64,000 bases of DNA from an uncultured Dehalococcoidia bacterium (GTDB lineage Bacteria; Chloroflexota; Dehalococcoidia; Lucifugimonadales; UBA826). The notes under the pieces were generated by a model. The model was not told the origin of the DNA. It searched no databases and worked only from the letters and a program-made list of their open reading frames with translations. Shown here one piece after another: positions 10,517 through 20,245 of the stretch. The DNA lies in the NCBI GenBank assembly GCA_964602845.1, contig CAZRSW010000010.1:1076-65075 (forward strand). Direction: 5' to 3'. Made by a program: the position numbers and the translations under genes. The stretch's first letter is position 1. Each line of letters starts with the position of its first letter.

Positions 10517-11713
10517 ATGACAAAGACTGAGCAATGGAAGGAGCTTGAATCCAAGTATTACATGTTTTTAGTTAGAAGGCAGCCGATGGTACTGGAAAGA
10601 GGAGAGGGTGCTCGGGTCTGGGATGTGGAGGGGAAGGAATATTTGGACTTCACGTCTGGCTGGGCTGTTAACAATGTAGGACATTGCAATGAATCGGTTG
10701 CGCGAGCTGTATCAGAACAAGCACGAACTTTGGTGCAAACATCAAACCAGTTCTATTCTATTCCTCAACTCAAGTTGGCGGAGATCTTGGTGGAAAATAG
10801 TTGCCTTGACAAGATATTTATTTGTAACAGTGGAGCTGAAGCAAATGAAGGCGCGATCAAATTGGCTAAAAAATATGGAAAGAAAAACAAAAACGGCGCC
10901 TATCACATTATCACTGCCCTTAATTCATTTCACGGTCGCACCATGATGAATGTGTCCGCTACAGGCCAACCTCATTATCAGGAACTTTTTGAGCCAATCC
11001 CTACCGGGTTTTCCCATGTTCCATATAACGATATTGAAGCCATAAAAGGAGCCACCACAAATAATACTGTGGCTGTAATGATAGAACCAGTCCAAGGGGA
11101 AGGTGGGGTTAATATTCCGTCAGTGGAATATTTAAGAGGAGTGAGAGACTGGTGTGATCAAAATAACATGCTCTTAATTTTTGATGAGGTTCAAACTGGG
11201 TTGGGTAGATTGGGAACATTATTCGGATACCAAGGTTTTAATGTTGAACCCGACATTATTACTTTGGCGAAGGGTTTGGGAGGAGGAGTTCCCATTGGGG
11301 CCTTCTTAGCTAAAGATTCTGCTTGTTCATTTGATCCTGGAGACCACGGATCTACCTTTGGTGGTAATCCGTTAACCTGTGCAGCGGCGCATGCGTCCAC
11401 AAAATATATTATTGATAATGAAATATCTGAAAACGCGGCTAAAATGGGAGAATATCTTGGCGAAGGCCTGCGAAAAATACAATCGGATAACGAGTTTATA
11501 ACTGAGGTTAGGGGGATGGGGTTAATTTGGGCGGTCGAATTTGATTCCGAAATGACACCAGATGTGATCGCGGCAAGTAATGATGCGGGATTGCTCATGA
11601 ATCCAATGAGGCCGAATGCCATTCGCTTGATGCCTGTTTTGACTATAACCAAAGAGGAAATAGATGAAGCCTTGGCTAGGTTGGCGACAGGATTAGCCAA
11701 GGCCTCCAAATAG
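10517..11713 (+). CDS. argD: acetylornithine aminotransferase (class III PLP aminotransferase)
   Basis: 398-aa ORF with NSGAEANEGAIKLAKKYG, FHGRT, DEVQTGLGR and TFGGNPL motifs. It sits in an arg operon context. Confidence 0.9.
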   Translation: MTKTEQWKELESKYYMFLVRRQPMVLERGEGARVWDVEGKEYLDFTSGWAVNNVGHCNESVARAVSEQARTLVQTSNQFYSIPQLKLAEILVENSCLDKIFICNSGAEANEGAIKLAKKYGKKNKNGAYHIITALNSFHGRTMMNVSATGQPHYQELFEPIPTGFSHVPYNDIEAIKGATTNNTVAVMIEPVQGEGGVNIPSVEYLRGVRDWCDQNNMLLIFDEVQTGLGRLGTLFGYQGFNVEPDIITLAKGLGGGVPIGAFLAKDSACSFDPGDHGSTFGGNPLTCAAAHASTKYIIDNEISENAAKMGEYLGEGLRKIQSDNEFITEVRGMGLIWAVEFDSEMTPDVIAASNDAGLLMNPMRPNAIRLMPVLTITKEEIDEALARLATGLAKASK

Positions 11714-11724
11714 TCGAGGACCAA

Positions 11725-13011
11725 GTGAATTGGAAGGAAATATACGATAGCGGATCCTCTACTTTTGGAGGGGCGGTCTCGGGTGGATTGGATAGTTGTA
11801 CCGTCACACACTGGTTGTATCAAAATGGTGTCAATGTGCACTGTTTCACCGTAGATCTTGGGCAACCTGATGAGGAAAATTTACAGGCTGTAGCTGATCG
11901 AATGATAGCGTGTGGTGCGACGTCTGCCCACGTCGTGCCGGGAAAAGAGGCGCTCGCGGAAGCAGGTTTAAAAGTCATTCAAGCGCAGGCTCGCTATGAA
12001 GGTGGGTATTGGAACACAACAGGTATTGCAAGACCGGTTACGGTTCAAGCCATTCTAGAAAAATTCCCTAAAGAAGGGATAAATATCCTATTTCATGGAG
12101 CGACGGGTCGCGGCAATGATCAGGTTAGATTTGAGGTCGCCACTAACATGTTGGAACCGAATATTGTGGTGTATGCTCCATGGCGAGATCAAGAATTTCT
12201 AGATAAGTTCCCTGGTCGGGAAGAGATGATCACGTACTGTAACTCAAACAAACTACCTATTAGGCAATCTCATGAATCTAAATATTCTACTGATGCCAAC
12301 TTGTTAGGATTGACTCATGAAGCGGGCGACTTAGAGGATGTTTCTATAAACCCAGAATTTATTCAGCCAGGGATGGGGCTTTGGCCATGGGATGCATCGG
12401 ATCAGTCCGAATCATTGGTACTTAGGTGGGAAGAAGGTAGGCCAGTTGCTGTAAACGGCGAGAGTAGAACCTTGATCGAAATATTCGACCAATGTAATGA
12501 GATAGGCGGTAGGTGTGGAATTGGAATCGGAACTCATGTTGTAGAAAATAGGTTTGTAGGGATAAAATCTCGCGGTATATATGAGTCTCCGGGTATGGAA
12601 GTGCTTGGTAGAAGTTATGAATTCCTGCTGCAGTTCATTTTGGATAGGAGAGCACGGGAATTCTTTGATCAATTGTCAGCCACAATAGGTCGCCAAATAT
12701 ATCAAGGCTATTGGCTAGATATAGCTACTAGCTCGGCTTTATCGGCATTGTCTAGATTCAGTAGTTACGCTACAGGTACTATAGAGCTTAAACTGTACAA
12801 GGGTAATGTGTTTTTTGCGTCTGCAGATGACTCTTTGGAATCTATGCCTCATTCGCTATATACAGACGATGGTTCTATGGAGGCTTTAGGTTCTTTCGAT
12901 CACGTTGACGCAGAGGGTTTCCTTAATATATTGGGTGTCTCTGCTCGGACTCTTGGCATTCGGCAGTCAATTAAATCCAATATGAAGCACCACAATAACC
13001 AGAGCAAATGA
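11725..13011 (+). CDS. argG: argininosuccinate synthase
   Basis: 428-aa ORF with a GTG start, an SGGLDS PP-loop and a GATGRGNDQVRFE motif. Confidence 0.9.
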   Translation: MNWKEIYDSGSSTFGGAVSGGLDSCTVTHWLYQNGVNVHCFTVDLGQPDEENLQAVADRMIACGATSAHVVPGKEALAEAGLKVIQAQARYEGGYWNTTGIARPVTVQAILEKFPKEGINILFHGATGRGNDQVRFEVATNMLEPNIVVYAPWRDQEFLDKFPGREEMITYCNSNKLPIRQSHESKYSTDANLLGLTHEAGDLEDVSINPEFIQPGMGLWPWDASDQSESLVLRWEEGRPVAVNGESRTLIEIFDQCNEIGGRCGIGIGTHVVENRFVGIKSRGIYESPGMEVLGRSYEFLLQFILDRRAREFFDQLSATIGRQIYQGYWLDIATSSALSALSRFSSYATGTIELKLYKGNVFFASADDSLESMPHSLYTDDGSMEALGSFDHVDAEGFLNILGVSARTLGIRQSIKSNMKHHNNQSK

Positions 13012-14171
13012 AATCTCAGACGACCTCTGATTTGGACAGGAGACAGATCATATCTGCTGTGAGGGAGTTCGTCCAAAGAGATGTGAACCCGGTCGCACCA
13101 AAGTATGACGAGGAGGATATTTATCCCCACGAATTGATTCCGATTATGGCAGAGCTCGGCTTATTTGGGATAACGATACCTGTTGAATATGGTGGACTAG
13201 GTCTGGATTATAAAACCTTTGCGATGATTTTCGAAGAAATAAGTAAGGGGTGGATGAGTTTGTCAGGTATATTAGGGACCCACCATTTGCTAAGCCATAT
13301 AATTTGGACTTACGGAAGCGAAGACCAAAAGAGTGAATACCTCCCTCTAATGGCCACAGGAGATCTCAGGGGTGGGTTGGCTTTAACTGAATCAGAGGCT
13401 GGCAGTGATGTCGGTAATATATCTACGCTGGCGGCTAAAGATGGTGAAGAATACGTGATAAATGGGCGTAAGATGTTTATTAGTAATGGTGAACAAGGTA
13501 ATGTGTTTGCACTGTTAGCGAAGACAGATCCTACGTGTGACCCTGGATATAGAGGCATAAGTTGTTTTATTTTTAGGACCCCAGTAAAGGGATTTAAAGT
13601 GGGGCAGCACATAGATAAGCTTGGATATCGCGGTATTGATACAGTAGAACTTATCTTCGACGACTGTCGGATTTCCACAGACAATCTAATAGGGCATCGC
13701 GAGGGAGAGGGGTTTTACCAGGTTATGGATGGGCTGGAAGTAGGCCGTATCAATGTTGCGGCAAGGGCTGTTGGAGTCGCACAAGCGGCTTTTGATGCTG
13801 CCCTAAAATACGCTACGCAAAGAGAGTCTTTTGGTAAGACAATAGGTCGGCATCAAGCTATTCAATTAAAACTTGCTGATATGGCCTCGAAGATCCATGC
13901 TGCTAGGTTGATGGTATATGATGCAGCAGAGAAGAAGGACCAGGGTCAACGTAACGATGTGGAGGCTGCGATGGCCAAGTTATTCGCTAGCGAGATGTGT
14001 GGTGAAGTAGTCATGGAAGCTATGAGGATTCATGGTGGGGTAGGCTATACCAAAGGCCTCCCGATTGAAAGGTATTATAGGGACGCACCGCTTATGATAA
14101 TAGGAGAAGGAACCAACGAGATCATGAAGTTAGTAATTGGAAGGCGACTTCTGGAAAATTATATAAACTGA
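13008..14171 (+). CDS. acyl-CoA dehydrogenase
   Basis: 387-aa ORF with LTESEAGSD and YRDAPLMIIGEGTNEI motifs. Its ATG overlaps the argG stop (ATGA). Confidence 0.9.
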   Translation: MKSQTTSDLDRRQIISAVREFVQRDVNPVAPKYDEEDIYPHELIPIMAELGLFGITIPVEYGGLGLDYKTFAMIFEEISKGWMSLSGILGTHHLLSHIIWTYGSEDQKSEYLPLMATGDLRGGLALTESEAGSDVGNISTLAAKDGEEYVINGRKMFISNGEQGNVFALLAKTDPTCDPGYRGISCFIFRTPVKGFKVGQHIDKLGYRGIDTVELIFDDCRISTDNLIGHREGEGFYQVMDGLEVGRINVAARAVGVAQAAFDAALKYATQRESFGKTIGRHQAIQLKLADMASKIHAARLMVYDAAEKKDQGQRNDVEAAMAKLFASEMCGEVVMEAMRIHGGVGYTKGLPIERYYRDAPLMIIGEGTNEIMKLVIGRRLLENYIN

Positions 14172-14184
14172 GAAGGTATATAGA

Positions 14185-14670
14185 ATGGCTAGTGTTAAAA
14201 AAGTAATTGATTCCCAAACTTCGTTTGGTGGTTGGTATGAGGATTTTGATGAAGGTCAACTCTTCCGACACTGGCCTGGTAAAACTATAACTGAGATGGA
14301 CAACCATCTTTTTTCACTGCTCACGATGAATGATAATCCTATCCACACGGATGAGAATTATATGGCTGATCATCAACATGGCAAGGTTTTGGTTAATGGT
14401 CTTCTAGTCCTAAGTCTCGTTGTTGGCATGAGTGTGAGGCAGACATCGGGGAAAGCTATAGCAAATTTGGTGTATGAAAATGTGACTCATGATGGACCTA
14501 CGTTTCATGGGGATACCATTTACGCCGAGAGTGAGGTCGTTTCTGTTAGGCTGTCAAGAACAAAGGGTGACAGAGGGATAGTGTGTATTGAAAGTCGCGG
14601 ATTCAATCAGGAAGGAGAGAAGGTTTTGACTTTGAGGCGGAAATTCCTGGTTAAGAGGAAGCCACGGTAG
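14185..14670 (+). CDS. MaoC-like (R)-hydratase/dehydratase
   Basis: 161-aa ORF with hot-dog fold pattern (NPIHTDENYM, GDTIYAESEV). Confidence 0.8.
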   Translation: MASVKKVIDSQTSFGGWYEDFDEGQLFRHWPGKTITEMDNHLFSLLTMNDNPIHTDENYMADHQHGKVLVNGLLVLSLVVGMSVRQTSGKAIANLVYENVTHDGPTFHGDTIYAESEVVSVRLSRTKGDRGIVCIESRGFNQEGEKVLTLRRKFLVKRKPR

Positions 14671-14729
14671 ATGGACATCGAGTTCATAGAATCTAAATCC
14701 TAAATGTGTGATTTATACCTCCTTTCAGG

Positions 14730-15392
14730 TCACTGGGTCGCAGCGTAGTCACATATTCTATTTAATGGGCAGCCTCCACAGGATGGTGACTTTCTACAGT
14801 GGAGTTTGCTGTTTTCTACTATGAGAGCATGATATTGTTTATAGATCTGAGTATCCATGTTAATGGCGGTATTAAACATTGATTGCCATGAATCATACGT
14901 ATCCCTCAATGGAGAGATTCCTATCCTACTCATCATTCTACGAGTGTAATTGTCAATTACGAAGAATGGTTTATTGAGGGCATATAAGAGTATGGCATCG
15001 GAAGTTTCAGGGCCTACGCCGTTTATGTTCATCAAGGAGCTTCTTAAAACTGAGCTATTCCAAGATTGTAATTCCGAAACATTGCCGTTGCATGCAGCTA
15101 GAAGAAAACTCACCAGGGATTTTATTCTCTTAGTTTTAACATTGTTGAGACCGGCAGGTCTTATTAATTTAGCGAATTTTTCATCTGTTGAGGATATAAT
15201 TTTTTTGCATGATAACATGTCGGATGAAATGAGTAGTTCCAATACTATCTCCACGTTTTTCCAGGAGGTGTTTTGAGTTAAGATGGCCCCAATCATTATT
15301 TCTAGTTTGGATTGTGCAGGCCACCATTGGAGGTGCCCATATTGGGTCATTAGCATTTCGTAAATAATCTTAATTGATTTTGAATGTGCCAT
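14730..15392 (-). CDS. endonuclease III-related HhH-GPD protein with 4Fe-4S cluster
   Basis: 220-aa ORF with an HhH motif (INGVGPETSDAILLYAL), VIDNYTRR, and the C-terminal cluster C-x6-C-x2-C-x5-C (CRKSPSCGGCPLNRIC). Confidence 0.8.
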   Translation of the reverse strand: MAHSKSIKIIYEMLMTQYGHLQWWPAQSKLEIMIGAILTQNTSWKNVEIVLELLISSDMLSCKKIISSTDEKFAKLIRPAGLNNVKTKRIKSLVSFLLAACNGNVSELQSWNSSVLRSSLMNINGVGPETSDAILLYALNKPFFVIDNYTRRMMSRIGISPLRDTYDSWQSMFNTAINMDTQIYKQYHALIVENSKLHCRKSPSCGGCPLNRICDYAATQ

Positions 15393-15447
15393 GTTTGACC
15401 TTGATGTCGGTTCACTTTCGTTCGGGCTCTAATTTAATGTAAGTTAC

Positions 15448-16332
15448 ATGGATCCGGTCGAAAATTTTATCAGGAGGGCAACTACTGCAGTGGCTACCTT
15501 TGTAGAAAGATTACATAAAATCACTTCAGCCAACAAATCTTTAGTTTGTATTGGATTAGATCCCGATCAAGATCTTCTACCGATTCGGGATGTTTATGAT
15601 TTTTGTGTGAAGATCATCGATGAGGTTCAGGGTGATATTGTGGCACTGAAGCCCAACCTGGCCTTTTTTGAAGCAATGGGAATCGATGGACTCAGAGTGC
15701 TTGAAAGGATAATCACTCATGTTCGTTGTTACTATCCTGAAATACTCCTAATTGGTGATGGCAAGAGATCCGATATTGGTTCAACCAGTATTAAATATGC
15801 TAGTGCAATGTTCCGATTTTGGGATTTTGACGCTGTCACTGTAAATGCTTTTGCGGGCAGAGATTCGATTCAGCCTTTTTTGGATTATTCGGACAAGGGA
15901 GTTTTTGTTTGGTGTAAATCTTCCAACCCAGGTGGATCAGTTTTTCAAAACATAGAGTACTACGATGAAAGTCTGGGTGAAGATTCCCATTTGTACCATC
16001 TCATTGCACGTAAAGTGGTGGATTGGAACGTGAATGGTAATGCCGGACTCATTGTTGGAGCGACCTATCCGTCAGAACTTGCTAGGGTGCGACAAATTGC
16101 CCCAGGATTGCCGATATTGGTGCCCGGTATAGGTGCTCAGGAAGGATCATTGAAGCACGCTGTGGAGTCCGGTATTGATCTCGAACGGCCTAATTTACTT
16201 ATTAGCTCTTCTAGGAAGATATTGTATGCTTCCGGAAGTGTTGATGAATATCCGAAGGCGTCACATCAAGCGGTATTAAACTTGAACCACGAGATAAATG
16301 GTACTTTGGCATCGCTAGATCGTAGGTATTGA
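15448..16332 (+). CDS. pyrF: orotidine 5'-phosphate decarboxylase (type 2, long form)
   Basis: 294-aa ORF with LDPD, ALKPNLAFFE, GDGKRSDIG and PGIGAQ motifs. Confidence 0.85.
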   Translation: MDPVENFIRRATTAVATFVERLHKITSANKSLVCIGLDPDQDLLPIRDVYDFCVKIIDEVQGDIVALKPNLAFFEAMGIDGLRVLERIITHVRCYYPEILLIGDGKRSDIGSTSIKYASAMFRFWDFDAVTVNAFAGRDSIQPFLDYSDKGVFVWCKSSNPGGSVFQNIEYYDESLGEDSHLYHLIARKVVDWNVNGNAGLIVGATYPSELARVRQIAPGLPILVPGIGAQEGSLKHAVESGIDLERPNLLISSSRKILYASGSVDEYPKASHQAVLNLNHEINGTLASLDRRY

Positions 16333-16502
16333 TGGTAGTGGATTTTGAGATAGGGGATTCTATTACATTGAAGAAAAGCCATCCATGTGGAGGGTCTACT
16401 TGGTCGGTTACCCGTGTGGGTGCAGATATAGGATTGACGTGCTTGACTTGTGGGCGTCGAATTACCTTATCTCGACTATTGGTTGGGAAAAACATGAAGT
16501 GA
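16332..16502 (+). CDS. DUF951 family small protein
   Basis: 56-aa ORF, below the ORF-track cutoff. Sequence: MVVDFEIGDSITLKKSHPCGGSTWSVTRVGADIGLTCLTCGRRITLSRLLVGKNMK. The KKxHPCG...W...R.GADI...C..C pattern matches DUF951. Its ATG overlaps the pyrF TGA (ATGA). Confidence 0.7.
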   Translation: MVVDFEIGDSITLKKSHPCGGSTWSVTRVGADIGLTCLTCGRRITLSRLLVGKNMK

Positions 16503-16582
16503 GATGGGTTAAAAGATATATCTCTGATAGAGTGTCTATTGTGATCATAAGGCATCAGCAACTGCATTCGGATCGTTTATCG

Positions 16583-16611
16583 TTGACAGTTTTCCAGTAG
16601 AGCACTAGAAT
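16583..16611 (+). promoter_or_regulatory. near-consensus sigma70-type promoter
   Basis: TTGACA (16583-16588), 17-nt spacer, TAGAAT (16606-16611). It lies ~55 nt upstream of the GTG start at 16665, which has an AAGGAGG RBS. Confidence 0.5.
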
Positions 16612-16664
16612 TCTGAGTCTTTTAGGATCAAATTCGCTTTCAGTGTCGTAAGGAGGTATAGCAG

Positions 16665-17192
16665 GTGCAAGAGCTAGAGATAGAAAGCATCCGTGTTAGA
16701 CCGGAAACTTCTCAAAGGGCTGTAGTGTTGAAAGTGAAGGATTCAAATCTTTTTCTTCCAATATTTATTGGGCAATATGAAGTGGAGGCTATTCGGCTCA
16801 AGTTGTTAGACGTTACTGTGCCTAGACCGATGACTCATGATCTACTCGGTTCGGTAATAGGGAATCTTGGCGGGAAGGTTAGCAGTATAGTGGTTTCTGA
16901 ACTTAAGGAAGATACTTTTTTCGCGAAGATAATAGTAGAGTGCCAAGGCAATGTACTTGAAGTGGATGCAAGACCAAGTGATGCGATAGCCTTGGCCGTC
17001 CGGACGAATTCTCCCATATATGCGGAGGAATCGGTTATAGAGAAGGCAGGGATAGCGCTGGATCAGGACACTGAAGCCGCTGATTCAGGATCGCTAAATA
17101 ACGAAGATAGCGTTTCAGTTGACGATGAAGAACTGGAGAAATTGTCGGCCTATAGCGATTTTATAGACACTCTAGATTTGGAAGAGATATAG
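16665..17192 (+). CDS. bifunctional nuclease (BFN/DUF151) family protein
   Basis: 175-aa ORF with MTHDL and ARPSDAIALAVR motifs and an acidic C-terminal tail. Confidence 0.8.
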   Translation: MQELEIESIRVRPETSQRAVVLKVKDSNLFLPIFIGQYEVEAIRLKLLDVTVPRPMTHDLLGSVIGNLGGKVSSIVVSELKEDTFFAKIIVECQGNVLEVDARPSDAIALAVRTNSPIYAEESVIEKAGIALDQDTEAADSGSLNNEDSVSVDDEELEKLSAYSDFIDTLDLEEI

Positions 17193-17331
17193 TTCGGCAA
17201 AAGAAGTATATTGGTATACCTAACTGACTTGGGACATTAAATATTGTGGATAGCTTCTAGGTACCGTAAAACGTTCGTTGACCCTGTTTTGAGACTTGTG
17301 GTAACCTTGACTATCGCTAGCGAGAGGCTTC

Positions 17332-17553
17332 ATGAGTTCCACAAGGAAAGGGGTCGTTGTCCGTTTACTTGGAATAGGGTGGTACATAGCGATGTGTATC
17401 TCCGGCGGGACTGTGTTTGGTCTCTGGGTTGACAATGTCTACGATTCGAGCCCAATTTTTACTCTGTTCGGGGTAATTTTGGGTGTCGTGTTGGGGATGG
17501 TTGGCATGATAATAATGCTGAAGTTGGTATTGGCTGCTGATGCACCAGAATGA
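17332..17553 (+). CDS. AtpZ/AtpI family protein
   Basis: 73-aa two-TM protein (GIGWYIAMCISGGTVFGLWVD) immediately upstream of atpB. Confidence 0.7.
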   Translation: MSSTRKGVVVRLLGIGWYIAMCISGGTVFGLWVDNVYDSSPIFTLFGVILGVVLGMVGMIIMLKLVLAADAPE

Positions 17554-17576
17554 TGGACTAGGGAGTTTGTGATAAT

Positions 17577-18704
17577 TTGGCTAAATTACTTAGCAATCCT
17601 AGAAACGCCGTGATCCTGTTGTTGTTGATACTGACACTCGTAGTCAGTTTACTGGGAGGGGCTTTAGGGAACGCCTTAGGGCTGGGATTTCTTGCTACTT
17701 CTCTGCCGGCCATACAACTCCCCGCAGAACTAGTTGTTAAACTAGGGCCGTTTCCTCTAATGAATACCATGATCACTACGTGGTTAGCGATGGCAGTTAT
17801 CCTGGTAATAACCTTTCTTATTACGAGGAAACTTAATGAGGTGCCTGGAAGGTTGCAAGCGTTGTTGGAACTTGCCATAGAATTTTTCTTGGGCCTATGT
17901 GAAAGTGTCGCAGGAAAAGAAAGAGCAAGAAAATTTTTCCCACTAGTGTTCACGATTTTCCTATTTGTGGTGGTTGCTAATTGGATGGGTATATTACCGG
18001 GTTTCGGAACTATCGGTAGGATAGCTGATGTCGAAGAAATAGCTCACCATAAGGGCGTACATGATTATCATGATCCCGCCTTGAAACCACATGATACAGC
18101 CTTGGCGCACAGTGGTTCACATTCTGCTTCGCATGAAGACCACGCGGTAGATCTGGATGATGTGAAACTTCATGTTTTTGATTCTACAGGAGCATTTAAT
18201 ATTATGCTCCCAGGATCCCTCTCAGATGAACTAGATTTTTCAGATTATGAGAAGCAACATGGCGATATCGGTGAAAATAAAATTGCGGGACACCTTGTTC
18301 CATTTCTTCGGAGTGCGAATACAGATGTCAACATGACTTTGGCGATGGCCATCGTTGCTATGATTATGGTCCATCTTTGGGGATTTAGCCTATTAGGACC
18401 TTTGCCGCACATAGGCAAGTTTATTAATTTTAAGGAAGGTCCCATCGGGTTCTTTGTCGGGATTCTAGAGATTATAAGTGAAATCGCGAAAGTGATCAGT
18501 TTCACATTCCGGTTATTTGGCAATATATTTGCGGGAGAAGTTTTGCTGATGGCAATGGCATTTCTATTGCCGCTAATAGGAATTGTGCCTTTTCTAGGTC
18601 TTGAATTAATTGTTGGCATCATCCAAGCCTTTATTTTTTCGATGCTAACCTTGGTTTTCGCTGCGATGGCTGGTGTGGGACATTCAGCGGATGGGGATCA
18701 TTGA
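17577..18704 (+). CDS. atpB: F0F1 ATP synthase subunit a, with large internal insertion
   Basis: 375-aa ORF with a TTG start. It carries the conserved NWMGILPG, SANTDVNMTLAMA and FRLFGNIFAGE (essential Arg) motifs. About 95 extra residues lie between the first two motifs. Confidence 0.85.
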   Translation: MAKLLSNPRNAVILLLLILTLVVSLLGGALGNALGLGFLATSLPAIQLPAELVVKLGPFPLMNTMITTWLAMAVILVITFLITRKLNEVPGRLQALLELAIEFFLGLCESVAGKERARKFFPLVFTIFLFVVVANWMGILPGFGTIGRIADVEEIAHHKGVHDYHDPALKPHDTALAHSGSHSASHEDHAVDLDDVKLHVFDSTGAFNIMLPGSLSDELDFSDYEKQHGDIGENKIAGHLVPFLRSANTDVNMTLAMAIVAMIMVHLWGFSLLGPLPHIGKFINFKEGPIGFFVGILEIISEIAKVISFTFRLFGNIFAGEVLLMAMAFLLPLIGIVPFLGLELIVGIIQAFIFSMLTLVFAAMAGVGHSADGDH

Positions 18705-18794
18705 TTTATCGTGGGTAATTGTAGTGATCATTAATGGGATTTGTAATATTTGAAATTAAATTGGTATTATCGACCTTTGGTCAAAATAATGTAA

Positions 18795-19040
<246 letters not shown>

Positions 19041-19111
19041 AGGAGTTTGTGGATTCGACTAATAAAGATTGGTTTGAATACACATAGATTCTTTTATAAT
19101 TTGGAGTATTC

Positions 19112-19609
19112 ATGGATGCTTTAGGAATAAATCTGACAGGACTAATAACACAAATAGTGAGTTTCCTCATACTGTTTTTGCTTCTTTCCAAGCTCTTGTA
19201 TAAACCAATAGTTGGAATGTTAGATCAACGGGCAGAAAAAATACGGTCTAGTCTTGAGTCTGCTGAGAAAGCCACGGCTGAAATAGCCCGCTCAGAGGAG
19301 TCGATTCGGGATCAATTGAATGAGGCTAAAGCTCAAGGGCAAGAGCTTGTGGCTCAAGCAAGAGAGACTGCTGAGAAGTTTAGGGAAGAGGAGATGGCCA
19401 AGGTTCGGCGGGAATTGGATGAAGAGAGGTTGAGGGCTAGCGAAAATATTGAGAGAGAAAAAATAGCTGCTATTGAAGAAGTGAGGTCTGAATTTGCAGG
19501 TCTTGCTATAGTGGCCGCTGAAAAGATTGTGAATGAATCTCTCGACGAGGATGCTCATAGAAGGCTTATTAAGGAAGTGCTTGAACAAAGCACAGTAGGT
19601 GGTAATTAA
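19112..19609 (+). CDS. atpF: F0F1 ATP synthase subunit b
   Basis: 165-aa ORF with one N-terminal TM helix followed by a long charged helix. Operon position supports the call. Confidence 0.85.
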   Translation: MDALGINLTGLITQIVSFLILFLLLSKLLYKPIVGMLDQRAEKIRSSLESAEKATAEIARSEESIRDQLNEAKAQGQELVAQARETAEKFREEEMAKVRRELDEERLRASENIEREKIAAIEEVRSEFAGLAIVAAEKIVNESLDEDAHRRLIKEVLEQSTVGGN

Positions 19610-20149
19610 ATGGCAAAGATACCATCTGGTAGACGCTATGCTCAGGCCGTTCTGCAAATAGCGCTAGAACACGATAGTGTGGAGGAATGGATCAACGACA
19701 TTTCAGCTCTGGTGGATGTACAGGACGATAGAGACTTTATTCTGTTAATGGATTCTCCAGAAATCCCAATGGAAGACAAGGAGAATGTAATTAAGGTGTT
19801 ACTTGAGGGGAATATTGGACAATTGGCTGTTAATTTGATGTGCATCTTAGCGTCCAGAGGCCAGGTTGCGGAGCTGCCTGGTATTGCGGAGTCTTATCAG
19901 GAGCTGGTTGATCGTGAAAGGGCTATAGAAAGGGTGGAGATAGTATCAGCAGTGGAACTTTCCAAGGAAGAGACTGATGAAATAGTAACTAAATTGGAGA
20001 AGATGGTAGGAAGAAAACTGGTAGTTACCAAGAGGATAGACGTGAGTATCATTGGTGGATTCATCGCTGATTTGGGGGACCGAATTATTGATGGTAGTGT
20101 TAAGTCGCAATTCAGAGACCTCCGGAGGACTTTGGTCGGAACTCAATAG
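19610..20149 (+). CDS. atpH: F0F1 ATP synthase subunit delta
   Basis: 179-aa ORF with a RYAQA N-terminus and a C-terminal IIGGFIADLGDRIIDGS motif. Confidence 0.85.
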   Translation: MAKIPSGRRYAQAVLQIALEHDSVEEWINDISALVDVQDDRDFILLMDSPEIPMEDKENVIKVLLEGNIGQLAVNLMCILASRGQVAELPGIAESYQELVDRERAIERVEIVSAVELSKEETDEIVTKLEKMVGRKLVVTKRIDVSIIGGFIADLGDRIIDGSVKSQFRDLRRTLVGTQ

Positions 20150-20245
20150 TATAGACATTTAGGAAACTACCAACGGAAAACATGGCAATATAATTTGCCC
20201 TAGCGGCGAGATGAGGATGATCTCGTCATTATTATGGAGAAATAT

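Noticed and set aside
16211-16600. ORF-track candidates 16385-16600 (plus) and 16211-16567 (minus).
   Set aside because: The DUF951 reading frame (16332-16502) explains this region with a recognisable family pattern and ATGA coupling to pyrF.
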